From contig CBDIIB010000003.1 of the NCBI GenBank assembly GCA_965279525.1, forward strand, positions 352,001-416,000: 64,000 nucleotides of DNA, written 5' to 3'. Shown piece by piece: positions 1-9,010 of this stretch (within the stretch, counting starts at the first letter, position 1; each line of letters starts with the position of its first letter). This DNA is from Tagaea sp. (lineage in GTDB: Bacteria; Pseudomonadota; Alphaproteobacteria; CACIAM-22H2). The notes under the pieces are model-generated. The model did no database searches, was not told the DNA's origin, and saw nothing but the letters and a program-made list of their open reading frames with translations. Both the position numbers and the translations under genes were made by a program.

Positions 1-828
1 GGCTGCGGGTCCTGCGAGCAGCAAGGCCGCCGCCGTCAGCAGGAACGGCAGGTGAAAGCCCGAATGGCGCGCGATGGCGCGCAGCTTCACCGCGTGCTTG
101 CGCGCGATGCTGAAGCCCATTTCCTTCTGCAGGTAGTTCTCTTCCGTATGTGGCGAGTCAAGGAACCGTACCTTGCCGATTGCACCCAGCCCGGTCGCGC
201 TTTCCGGCGTCGAAGCCGACTTCGTCCGGTCGATGAAGCTCCAGTAGCAGTGCTTCAGGTAGGCGGCGGCAATCACGAAGACCAGTGCGGCAATTCCGAC
301 GACCGGCTGCGGGCGTCCCCAAGCCTGCGCGATCGCATGCAGCAGCAGCCCGCCGGTCGCGAGCGACAGCGCCAGGTAGTTCGGGACGGTCCAGCGATTG
401 TGCCACTGGTGGATCGGCTTCAGCGACCGGTAGATCATCGCGGTCGCGAACACGGTGATGGCGGCGCATAGCGCTGCAAGCAGGCCAACCAGCGCGTAGA
501 TCCCGTCGCTGCGTCCGAAGAACGCCCATGCGATGCCGAAAACCGCCAGCGGCACGAACGTGACGATGGCGGCAACGCCTTCGCGGCTCAGCCACGAGCT
601 GCGGAACTGGGAAAACGCACGCCACGCGCGTTCCGGATGGCCGAGATGGAAGGTCGAGGCGAGCAGACCCGTGACGACAAGCACCGTGGCGGGGCCAAGC
701 GTCGCGACGGCGAACCAGCCGGACGCGGGCACGAAGCCCAGCGCGCTGGCGATGGCGACGAGGGCGACGAGGCCGTAGCCCGCACCGGATGACGTCGTAA
801 AGAAGATGACCGAGAAGGCGGGATGCAT
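1..828 (-). CDS. soeC: DmsC/NrfD-like membrane anchor of sulfite dehydrogenase (SoeC); 3' end runs off the window
   Basis: Not in the ORF track because it is truncated. ATG at 828 reads MHPAFSVIFFTTSSGAGYG..., followed by 'STFHLGHPERAWRAFSQFRSSWLSREG', typical of the DmsC family; directly downstream of soeB. Confidence 0.85.
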   Translation of the reverse strand, partial: MHPAFSVIFFTTSSGAGYGLVALVAIASALGFVPASGWFAVATLGPATVLVVTGLLASTFHLGHPERAWRAFSQFRSSWLSREGVAAIVTFVPLAVFGIAWAFFGRSDGIYALVGLLAALCAAITVFATAMIYRSLKPIHQWHNRWTVPNYLALSLATGGLLLHAIAQAWGRPQPVVGIAALVFVIAAAYLKHCYWSFIDRTKSASTPESATGLGAIGKVRFLDSPHTEENYLQKEMGFSIARKHAVKLRAIARHSGFHLPFLLTAAALLLAGPAA

Positions 829-838
829 CGTCTGGCTT

Positions 839-1591
839 TCAGCGCGAGAGGACCTTGTCCATCCAGCGCAGCAGCGGATGGAGACCGGCGGTGTCGGCCG
901 GCTTCTCGAGTTCGGCTTTCGCACCCGTGCAGCCGACGGACGTCTTCGCCGCACGCGGCGGCAAATAGCGGTTGACGGGTGCGTAGTCCATCTCCGGCAT
1001 CAGCGCATAGCCGCCGCGATCGGCGACGAGAAGCGAGACATCCGACTGCGGATCGCCGAGATCGCCGAAATGACGTGCGCTTGCAGGGCAGGTCGAGACG
1101 CACGCCGGGACGCGTTCGTCCTCGGCGAGGTTCTCGTTGTAGATGCGGTCGATGCACAACGTGCACTTCTTCATCACGCCTTCATCGGAGTCGAACTCGC
1201 GCGCCCCGTAGGGGCATGCCCACGAGCACAGCTTGCAGCCGATGCATGTGTCCGGATTGACGAGAACGATGCCGTCTTCGGCCCGCTTGAAACTGGCGCC
1301 CGTCGGGCAGACGGTGACGCAGGCCGGCGTCTCGCAGTGCAGGCATGATTTGGGGAAATGGACGGTGCGGCTCGCATCGCCTTCGCCCGCCTCGAAGGTG
1401 TGGATCCGGTTGAACCAGACACCAGACACGTTGGCACCATACGGATCGAAGTCCGGCAGCGGTGCCGAATGGCCGCCGGTGTTCCATTCCTTGCAGTTGA
1501 CCGCGCACGCGTGGCATCCGACGCAAGTATCGAGATCGATGACGAGGCCGAGCTTTTTTGCACCCGGTTGCGGAGAGGGCAGGCTGGTCAT
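839..1591 (-). CDS. soeB: 4Fe-4S dicluster subunit (DmsB/SoeB)
   Basis: Four Cys clusters (CVGCHACAVNC, CLHCETPACVTVC, CIGCKLCSWAC, CTLC...CVSTC); start MTSLP at 1591 overlaps the soeA stop. Confidence 0.9.
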   Translation of the reverse strand: MTSLPSPQPGAKKLGLVIDLDTCVGCHACAVNCKEWNTGGHSAPLPDFDPYGANVSGVWFNRIHTFEAGEGDASRTVHFPKSCLHCETPACVTVCPTGASFKRAEDGIVLVNPDTCIGCKLCSWACPYGAREFDSDEGVMKKCTLCIDRIYNENLAEDERVPACVSTCPASARHFGDLGDPQSDVSLLVADRGGYALMPEMDYAPVNRYLPPRAAKTSVGCTGAKAELEKPADTAGLHPLLRWMDKVLSR

Positions 1592-4440
1592 GGCTTTTTC
1601 CACTGCGCGCCGTATCGCAGGATCGCGGGCGGGGCCGCCATGCCCGGCGGACGATGGACGGCGGGCAACTGCGGCGAGGTTTCGCCTTGCTCGGCCTGAT
1701 CGGCCTTTTCGACGCGCACGCGCAGATCGTACCAGGCGGCCTGGCCCGTGACGGGATCGGAGTTGGAATAGCGGTAGCCGTTCTTGTCCGGCAACAGCTC
1801 CGAGATCAGGTGGTTGAGCAAGAAGCCCTTGGTCGCTTCGGGCGCGTCCACATCGAGGTTCCAGGCGCCGGCACGCTTGCCGATCGCGTTCCATGTCCAC
1901 ACGGTGTCGGGATTTACGCCCTCCATCGTGCGGATCTGCGCCTTGACCCGGCCATGATGTGATGTGATCCAGGCCCAGTCGTCGTCCGCAAGGCCGAGCT
2001 TCGCTGCCGTGCGCACGTTCATGTAGAGGCGGTTATGGCTGATGATCTGCCGCAGCCATGCGTTCTGCGAGCCCCACGAATGGTACATCGGCATCGGGCG
2101 CTGCGTCACCGCGTGCAGCGGGAACTCGCCCGTGTCGATCTGTGCGCCTTCGAAGGTCGGATACCAGATCGGCAACGGATCGAAATGCGCTTCGATGCGC
2201 GCGCGGTGCTCTGCCGGCGCCTGGATCGGGCCGATCCCGCGCGCCGCATTGCGGAACTTCTGCAAGGGTTCCGAATAGAGGTGCAGCACGATCTGCTCGG
2301 CCTTGTCGATCAGGCCGAGCTTCACCGCCGCCTCGAGATAACCCTTGTTCGCATGCTTGAAGTAAAGCTGGTCCGGCTCGAAATGGTGCCGCCAGAAGGC
2401 GCCGTTTTCGATATAGCGGTCGAGCTGGTTCGGGTTGGGTTCGCCGACGCCGGACTTCGTGCCGTCGATGCCGCGGAATCCGGCAAGTGGGCCCACGCCG
2501 GGCTTGCGCTCATGGTTGACGATATAGTCCGCGTAGCCGCCGGGGAACTTCGCGCCACCGTCGGCATTGGTGAAGCCCGGCAGCTTCAGGCGCACGGCGA
2601 GGTCGATCAGGACATCCTGGAACGGGCGCACGTCGCGGTCGGGTGCGACGACCGGCTGGCGGATCGCATCACCCGGTCCTTCGGCCGAGCAGATCGGCCG
2701 GTCGAGCAGCGAGATGCAGTCCCAGCGCTCCAGATACGTCGTGTCGGGCAGGATCAGGTCGGAATACGCGACCGTTTCGGAATAGAACGCGTCCGAATAG
2801 ATGATGTGCGGGATGCGGTAGTTGCCGTCCGCGTCCTTGTCGGTCAGCATGCGCGCGGTCTCGGCCGAGTTCATCGACGAGTTCCACGCCATGTTCGCCA
2901 TGTACATGAACAGCGTGTCGATCTTGTAGGGATCGCCCTTCCACGCGTTGGCGATCACCATGTGCATCAGGCCGTGCGCGGCGATCGGCGCTTCCCACGA
3001 ATAGGCCTTGTCGATGCGCATCGGATTGCCGGCATCGTCGAGCAGCAGGTCCTCCGGCCCGAGCGTGAAGCCGAGCGGCATGCCGCCCATCGGCTTGCCG
3101 GGATTGACCTGGGCAGGCTTGCCGGTCGGCTTCGGCCCGGGCGGGCACGGGCGCGGGAAGGGGGCCTTGTAGCGCCATGCCCCCGGCGTATCGATGGCGC
3201 CCAGCAGCATCTGCAGCAGATGGATTGCCCGGCACGTATGGAAGCCGTTGGAATGCGCCGAGATGCCGCGCATCGCGTGCATCGAGACCGGTCGGCCGAT
3301 CATCTTTTCGTGCCGGCGCCCGGCCCAGTCGGTCCAGGGCTGGTCGATGACGACCTGCTGCTCGAACGCGGCGTGCGCGATTTCGGCGGCGATACGCTTG
3401 ATGGTGGCGGCCGGGATGCCGCAGCGTTCGGCGACCGCTTCGGGCGCGTAATCGGGCGAGAGGTAACGCAGCGCCATCAGTTCGAAGACAGGCGTGGCCT
3501 TGCGCCCGTCGGCCAGCGTCACTTCGCCGACCAGCTTGGGCGAGACGTCGGCCGAGAGGGCGCTCGCTGCGGCGTCGGTCTTCGTGTCCCAGCACAGCGG
3601 ATTGCCGGCGCCGTCGCGCGCGAACAGGCCGTCGTCCTTCAGCACCAGCCACGGCGCGTTGGTGTAGCGCACGAGGAATTCGAGATCGATCTTGTCGGCC
3701 TTTAGCAGTTCGTGAATCAGCGCCATCACGAACAGGCCGTCGGTACCGGGGGCGATGCCCAGCCACTCGTCGGCGACGGCCTGGTATCCGGTCTTGACCG
3801 GGTTGACCGACACGTATTTCGCACCGCGCGCTTTCAACTTCGCGAGGCCGGCCTTTATCGGGTTGCTGTCATGATCTTCGGCGACGCCGAAAAGCATGAA
3901 ATAGCGCGCGTGCTCCCAATCGGGCTCGCCGAACTCCCAGAACGAGCCCCCGATCGTGTAGAGGCCGGCAGCCGCCATGTTGACCGAGCAGAAGCCGCCA
4001 TGCGCCGCGAAATTCGGCGTGCCGAACTGGTTGGCCCACCAGCCGGTAAGCGACTGGCTCTGGTCGCGACCGGTGAAGAAAGCGAGCTTCTTGGGATCGT
4101 CGACGCGGATATCGCCCAGCCACTTGGCAGCGAGCCCCAGCGCCTCGTCCCACTCGATTTCCTTGAAGTCGCCCGCACCGCGCTCGCCGATGCGCAACAG
4201 CGGCTTGGACAGCCGGGCGGGGCTGTAGTGATTCATGATCCCGGCCGAACCCTTGGCGCACAGCACGCCGCGGTTCACCGGATGATCCTTGTTGCCCTCG
4301 ATATAGCGGATGCGCCCGTCGCGAAGATGGACCCGGATGCCGCAGCGGCAGGCGCACATGTAGCAGGTCGTGCACTTGACCTCGTCCGAGACCTTTGGCG
4401 ACGTGTCGACCGTCCCGCCCGTACTCCCGTCCATCGGCAT
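1588..4440 (-). CDS. soeA: Molybdopterin oxidoreductase catalytic subunit, cytoplasmic sulfite dehydrogenase SoeA type
   Basis: TTCYMCACRCGI Fe-S motif, AAHGGFCSVNM, HAMRGISAHSNG and NSDPVTGQAAWYD motifs; no Tat signal; the ORF-track extension to 5001 is antisense to the DUF2336 gene. Confidence 0.88.
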   Translation of the reverse strand: MPMDGSTGGTVDTSPKVSDEVKCTTCYMCACRCGIRVHLRDGRIRYIEGNKDHPVNRGVLCAKGSAGIMNHYSPARLSKPLLRIGERGAGDFKEIEWDEALGLAAKWLGDIRVDDPKKLAFFTGRDQSQSLTGWWANQFGTPNFAAHGGFCSVNMAAAGLYTIGGSFWEFGEPDWEHARYFMLFGVAEDHDSNPIKAGLAKLKARGAKYVSVNPVKTGYQAVADEWLGIAPGTDGLFVMALIHELLKADKIDLEFLVRYTNAPWLVLKDDGLFARDGAGNPLCWDTKTDAAASALSADVSPKLVGEVTLADGRKATPVFELMALRYLSPDYAPEAVAERCGIPAATIKRIAAEIAHAAFEQQVVIDQPWTDWAGRRHEKMIGRPVSMHAMRGISAHSNGFHTCRAIHLLQMLLGAIDTPGAWRYKAPFPRPCPPGPKPTGKPAQVNPGKPMGGMPLGFTLGPEDLLLDDAGNPMRIDKAYSWEAPIAAHGLMHMVIANAWKGDPYKIDTLFMYMANMAWNSSMNSAETARMLTDKDADGNYRIPHIIYSDAFYSETVAYSDLILPDTTYLERWDCISLLDRPICSAEGPGDAIRQPVVAPDRDVRPFQDVLIDLAVRLKLPGFTNADGGAKFPGGYADYIVNHERKPGVGPLAGFRGIDGTKSGVGEPNPNQLDRYIENGAFWRHHFEPDQLYFKHANKGYLEAAVKLGLIDKAEQIVLHLYSEPLQKFRNAARGIGPIQAPAEHRARIEAHFDPLPIWYPTFEGAQIDTGEFPLHAVTQRPMPMYHSWGSQNAWLRQIISHNRLYMNVRTAAKLGLADDDWAWITSHHGRVKAQIRTMEGVNPDTVWTWNAIGKRAGAWNLDVDAPEATKGFLLNHLISELLPDKNGYRYSNSDPVTGQAAWYDLRVRVEKADQAEQGETSPQLPAVHRPPGMAAPPAILRYGAQWKKP

Positions 4441-4497
4441 TTCGCGGCAATTCCCTCGGAAATCGGGTGTATTGACCTTCAGGCGGCACCCTAAGCC

Positions 4498-4526
4498 TTT
4501 GTAGGTGCACGTCCGGCGATAGTCAA
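4498..4526 (-). promoter_or_regulatory. Putative sigma70 promoter of soeABC
   Basis: Minus strand TTGACT-17 bp-TACAAA upstream of soeA. Confidence 0.5.
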
Positions 4527-4603
4527 ACCGGTCAGAGGGTTGCGTCCTGCGGTCGCCGGGTGCATCCTGCCTACGACGCTGCAAGGAGTGTGCGTGTAGG
4601 CGA

Positions 4604-5722
4604 ATGGCCGATCTGTCGAAAGAGGATATCGAGCGTCTGGCCGCCGACCATTCCGCGGTCGCACGGGTCGCGACGGCCGGAAAGGTCGCGCAGACTTGGA
4701 AGGCCGGCACGCTGACCGATTCGGCCCGCATCGAGGCCGAGAAGCTTCTGCGGCTCCTTGCCGAGGATGCGATCGCGACCGTGCGTCGGGCGCTGACCGA
4801 CCACCTCAAGGACGCAAGCCAGCTCCCGCAGGGGCTTGCGATGATTCTCGCCAAGGACATCGATGCGGTCGCGCTGCCGCTGCTGATCGAAAGCCGGGCC
4901 TTCACGGACGAAGACCTGATCGAGATCGTGGCTTCCCAAGGTCGCGAGAAGCAGGTTGCGGTCGCCCGCAGGGCCGAGGTTTCGGACGCGGTTGCGATCA
5001 AGCTTGTGGATCATGGCGACGATCGCGTCGCCGCGGCACTCGCGGCCAACGAAGGTGCGCGCATGTCCGACTCGACGGTCGAACGCCTCGTCGACCGTCA
5101 CGGCAAGTCGGGTGTGGTCCAGGAGAAACTCGTGGCGCGCAAGCACGTGCCGTTGCGCGTGCTCGAGAAGCTCTACAACCTTGCTTCCGAGAGCATCCGC
5201 GACCAGTTGCTCGAACGTCCGGACATGACGAACGAGATGGCGACCGAGCTTGCCATGCACGCGCGCGAGATCGCGACGGTCGGTTCGTCGCTGACATCGC
5301 AGGAAGAAGACGTGGCCCGTCTCGCCGGCCATCTGCACACGACCGGCCGGCTGGATCCGGGGCTCGTGATCCGTGCGCTTTGCATGGGCGACCTTTTCCT
5401 GTTCGAGCATGGTCTGGCGAAGCGCGCGAATGTGCCGGTCGAGCGCGCGCGCCAGCTGATTTACGATCCGGTGGGCGGGCTCAAGTACGTCTACGAGCGC
5501 GCCTATATGCCGCTCGACCTCTATCCGGCCGTACGTGCGGCCCTCGAAGTGGCGCAGGAAACCAGCTACGATGGCGGCCCTTCCGACCGTGAGCGTTACC
5601 GTCGCCGGATGATCGAGCGCGTGCTGACCAAGGTCGAAGACGCCGATCCCGGCACGGCCGACTATCTGTTGGCGCGGCTTTCGACCTTGACCCGGTCTCT
5701 GGCGCCCCAGCCGGTCGCCTGA
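4604..5722 (+). CDS. DUF2336 domain protein
   Basis: Helical protein with 'LAKDIDAVALPLLIESRAFTDEDLIEIV' and 'VAAALAANEGA' patterns typical of DUF2336. Confidence 0.8.
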   Translation: MADLSKEDIERLAADHSAVARVATAGKVAQTWKAGTLTDSARIEAEKLLRLLAEDAIATVRRALTDHLKDASQLPQGLAMILAKDIDAVALPLLIESRAFTDEDLIEIVASQGREKQVAVARRAEVSDAVAIKLVDHGDDRVAAALAANEGARMSDSTVERLVDRHGKSGVVQEKLVARKHVPLRVLEKLYNLASESIRDQLLERPDMTNEMATELAMHAREIATVGSSLTSQEEDVARLAGHLHTTGRLDPGLVIRALCMGDLFLFEHGLAKRANVPVERARQLIYDPVGGLKYVYERAYMPLDLYPAVRAALEVAQETSYDGGPSDRERYRRRMIERVLTKVEDADPGTADYLLARLSTLTRSLAPQPVA

Positions 5723-5735
5723 TCGACGAAGCACA

Positions 5736-6383
5736 GTGCCGCCGCAGCTACCCGCATCGACCGAAGCACGGGCAAAGCGCGCCATCGCCCGTTCGTTGTC
5801 CGCCCTCGCGGCCAAGGACGAAGCCGTGGCCGAGTGGGTGTCGAAGATCGGGCTGCCGGCACCACGTATCCGGACGCGCGGATTCGAGGGGTTCATGCGC
5901 GCGATCGTGGCCCAGCAGGTCTCGGTGGCGGCGGCGAACGGGATCTGGCGCAAGCTGGAAGAAGGGCTGGGCGGAATCGAGCCGGACGCCATTCTCGCCT
6001 GCGACGACGGCCGGCTTCGAGGCCTTGGACTGTCGCGGCAGAAGACGTCCTATGTGCGCGGCCTCGCCGAGGCGGTCGTCACCGGTTCCCTCGACTTCGA
6101 CGCGCTCCACAAGATGCCGGACGAGGAGGCCATCGAGGAGATCACGCGCCTCAAGGGGCTCGGGCGGTGGAGTGCGGAGATCTATCTGCTGTTCGCCATG
6201 CAGCGGCCCGACGTGTGGCCGGCAAACGACCTGGCGCTTCAGGAGGCGATGCGCGTCCTGAAGAACCTGCGCTCGCGTCCCGACGAGAAGCGCCTGCGCA
6301 AGCTCGGCGAGACCTGGCGGCCGCACCGGTCGGCCGGCGCGCTCTTCCTGTGGCACGTCTATCACCATGTGAAGGGACGATGA
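5736..6383 (+). CDS. alkA: DNA-3-methyladenine glycosylase II (AlkA-like, HhH-GPD)
   Basis: AIVAQQVS, HhH LKGLGRWSAE, DVWPANDLAL, WRPHRS. Confidence 0.85.
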   Translation: MPPQLPASTEARAKRAIARSLSALAAKDEAVAEWVSKIGLPAPRIRTRGFEGFMRAIVAQQVSVAAANGIWRKLEEGLGGIEPDAILACDDGRLRGLGLSRQKTSYVRGLAEAVVTGSLDFDALHKMPDEEAIEEITRLKGLGRWSAEIYLLFAMQRPDVWPANDLALQEAMRVLKNLRSRPDEKRLRKLGETWRPHRSAGALFLWHVYHHVKGR

Positions 6384-6772
6384 GGGCGACGGCCCTGGCA
6401 TTGGCGCTGCTGGCCGTGCCCGCGTCGGCCCAGACGCCCGAACAGCGCCCTCAAGTCGACCTGCGGGCGGAATTCGAGCGTCTTGTCTCGCAGGCCGAGC
6501 AGTTGCTCGACCGCGTCCTCGAACCGGAAATGCGTGACCAGCTGCGTGCGCGTCTGGCTCCGCTCGTCAGCAGGCTCGAGGCGGGGACCGACGACGATCG
6601 CGCGAGCGAGAATTCCAGGCTGGAACGCCGTCTGGCCCGCCTGCGTGAAAACCGGCGCGGAACGTTCGACAACATCCCGCCCGCGCTCTTCGAGGCCTAC
6701 CAGCGCGTGCTTGACGACGAGGAGCGGCGCCTGGTCGAGGAGCTTCGCGCGCGGGGCCGCCGGGTCGATTAG
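6380..6772 (+). CDS. Hypothetical exported helical protein
   Basis: ATGA overlap with alkA stop; signal peptide MRATALALALLAVPASA; coiled-coil-like body. Confidence 0.6.
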   Translation: MRATALALALLAVPASAQTPEQRPQVDLRAEFERLVSQAEQLLDRVLEPEMRDQLRARLAPLVSRLEAGTDDDRASENSRLERRLARLRENRRGTFDNIPPALFEAYQRVLDDEERRLVEELRARGRRVD

Positions 6773-7290
6773 ACCCGGTTGTACGGAAGGTGGGCGAGTA
6801 CGGCCGCCATTCCGCAGAATCCGGTGGCGCCGGCGAAGACAAGGCCGGCGCCGACGGCAGCCGACATCGCGTAGAATCCCGGATGGACGAAGGTGCCGAG
6901 CGCCGCTCCGGCCAACACGAGGCTGCCGGCGACGATTTGGACCTGGCGCATGATCGGTATCGGTGCGTTTCGGTTCTCAACGACCGGCAACCCGGCCTGT
7001 ATCCAGCTCGGCAGGCCGCCGGCCAGATGTGCCACGTCGAGCCCGGCGGCAGCCAGTCTGGCCGCCCCGCGCGCCGAGCGGCTTCCGGACGCGCAATGCA
7101 GGACGATACGGCGCACCGGCGCGTCTGCGAGCTTCGCCGGATCCAGGCTTGCGAGCGGAACCAGCCGCGCACCCGCGATGTGTTCGCGGGCATGCTCGCC
7201 CGGCTCGCGGACATCGACGAGCACGCACTCGCCGCGGTCGAGTTGGCCCTTCAGGGTCAACGCGTCGATTTCCTTGATTGCGATCGTCAT
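6769..7290 (-). CDS. Rhodanese + DUF2892 membrane sulfurtransferase (YgaP-like)
   Basis: LVDVREPGEH, active loop HCASGSRS, LAGGLPSW; C-terminal RQVQIVAG...GFCGMA...LPYN; alternative start 7302. Confidence 0.85.
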   Translation of the reverse strand: MTIAIKEIDALTLKGQLDRGECVLVDVREPGEHAREHIAGARLVPLASLDPAKLADAPVRRIVLHCASGSRSARGAARLAAAGLDVAHLAGGLPSWIQAGLPVVENRNAPIPIMRQVQIVAGSLVLAGAALGTFVHPGFYAMSAAVGAGLVFAGATGFCGMAAVLAHLPYNRV

Positions 7291-7329
7291 GCTTGCCACC
7301 ATGGTTGTGCCGCTCGTGCAGCAATGGAT

Positions 7330-7353
7330 ATATATTAGTGGAAACTGAAATAT
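7330..7353. promoter_or_regulatory. AT-rich imperfect palindrome, candidate ArsR/BigR/SqrR-type operator
   Basis: ATATATTAGT-GGAA-ACTGAAATAT in the short divergent gap between rhodanese and persulfide dioxygenase. Confidence 0.45.
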
Positions 7354-7368
7354 TCAAGGATCGAGCGG

Positions 7369-8247
7369 ATGGGCGAGCAGGAGCCTGAGGTTACGGGGTT
7401 TTTCGATCCGGCGACGAGTACCGTCAGCTATCTCGTCGCCGATCCGGCTGGCGACCGTGCGATGGTGGTCGATCCCGTTCTCGACTTTGACTGGAAGGCC
7501 GGGCGCGTTTCAACGCGATCGGTGGAAGCGATCGCCCGGGCGGCGGCCGGCAAACGGGTCGATTGGATCGTCGAGACGCATCCGCACGCCGACCATCTTT
7601 CCGGCGCCCAGTGGCTGCGCGAGCGCCTGGGCGCCAAAGTCGCCATCGGTGCCGGCATCGTGGATGTCCAGAAGGCGTGGGCGCCGATCTTCGGCGTCGA
7701 GACCGGGTTCGCGCGCGATGGTTCGCAGTTCGACCGGTTGCTGCACGATGGCGATGTCTTCGATGTCGGGAGCCTTCGCGTGAGCGTGCTCAATACGCCC
7801 GGCCATACGCCCGCCTGCACCACCTTGATCGTCGAGGGCAGGGGCGGTCGCAAGCACGCATTCGTGGGCGACACGCTGTTCATGCCGGACTACGGCACCG
7901 CGCGAACGGATTTCCCCGGGGGTTCGGCACGCACGCTCTACCGGTCGATCCGGAAGATCCTGGCGCTGCCGGCCGATACGCGGCTCTTCACCGCGCACGA
8001 CTACCAGCCCGGTGGGCGTGAGGTGGCTTACGAAACGAGCGTCGGCGACCAGCGCACGGGCAACGTCCATGTGCGGGACGGCATCGGCGAGGATGATTTC
8101 GTCGCCCTGCGTGAGGCGCGCGATCGCAAGCTGGAGGCGCCGAACCTGCTTCTGCCTTCGATCCAGGTGAACATCCGCGCCGGCCATCTTCCGCCGGAGG
8201 CTGAAAACGGCACGCGATATCTGAAAATCCCGCTGGATCGGATCTGA
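7369..8247 (+). CDS. Persulfide dioxygenase (Blh/SdoA/ETHE1-like MBL fold)
   Basis: ETHPHADHLS, TPGHTPAC, VGDTLFMPDYGTARTDFPGG, PSIQVNIRAG. Confidence 0.9.
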   Translation: MGEQEPEVTGFFDPATSTVSYLVADPAGDRAMVVDPVLDFDWKAGRVSTRSVEAIARAAAGKRVDWIVETHPHADHLSGAQWLRERLGAKVAIGAGIVDVQKAWAPIFGVETGFARDGSQFDRLLHDGDVFDVGSLRVSVLNTPGHTPACTTLIVEGRGGRKHAFVGDTLFMPDYGTARTDFPGGSARTLYRSIRKILALPADTRLFTAHDYQPGGREVAYETSVGDQRTGNVHVRDGIGEDDFVALREARDRKLEAPNLLLPSIQVNIRAGHLPPEAENGTRYLKIPLDRI

Positions 8248-8951
8248 TGACGTCGCAAAAGGGTCCCCAGGCGCTGGCCGCCGAGGCGCGTCGCAAGGAA
8301 AGCGAAGCAATTGCCCTGCGCGAGAACCTCAAACGGCGCAAGGCGCAGGCGCGCGGCCGGCAGGCGATGGAGGACGAGGCGGCGATCCAGTCCGTGCTGG
8401 ATTTCTGGTTCGCCCCGGAGGGCGATGCCGAGCACGGTACTTTCCGCAGCACCTGGTTCGAAAAGCAGCCGGCGTTCGACGGCACCTGCCGGACGCATTT
8501 CACGGCATTGCTGCACGAGGCGCGCCGGGGATCGCTCGACCGATGGGCGGAGACGGCCGAGGGCGCGCTTGCACTGGTCGTCCTGCTCGACCAGCTTTCG
8601 CGGAACATCCACCGTGGCACGCCGGAAGCTTTTGCGGCCGATCCGCAGGCACTGGCCATCGCCCGGCGCATGCTTGCCCGGGGCTTTGACCGGGTTCTCG
8701 AGCCGGTGATGCGGATCTTCGTCTATCTGCCGTTCGAGCACGCCGAGGATCCGGTCCTTCAGGACGAGGCGGTCCGCCTGATGGAAACGCTGCCCGAGGC
8801 GCCCTGGCGGCCCGAGGTGGTCCGTTTCGCGCATGCCCATCGCGACGTGATCGCCCGATATGGGCGATTTCCGCACCGCAACGCCATCCTCGACCGCGCC
8901 AGCACGCCCGCGGAGACCGAATATCTTTCCCAGCCCGGCGCAGGCTTCTAG
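8247..8951 (+). CDS. DUF924 family protein with basic N-terminal extension
   Basis: VLDFWF, LLDQLSRNIHRG, FVYLPFEHAE, YGRFPHRNAIL; alternative in-frame ATG at 8367. Confidence 0.85.
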   Translation: MTSQKGPQALAAEARRKESEAIALRENLKRRKAQARGRQAMEDEAAIQSVLDFWFAPEGDAEHGTFRSTWFEKQPAFDGTCRTHFTALLHEARRGSLDRWAETAEGALALVVLLDQLSRNIHRGTPEAFAADPQALAIARRMLARGFDRVLEPVMRIFVYLPFEHAEDPVLQDEAVRLMETLPEAPWRPEVVRFAHAHRDVIARYGRFPHRNAILDRASTPAETEYLSQPGAGF

Positions 8952-9010
8952 CCGCGATCCTGCCGCCATCGCGTCTGGATTTTGCCATCCGGGCGGAGTA
9001 ATGGAGGGCG

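Noticed and set aside
4441-5001. N-terminal extension of the 1137-aa SoeA ORF
   Set aside because: Overlaps the DUF2336 gene antisense; family similarity starts near 4440 and a promoter-like sequence lies at 4498-4526
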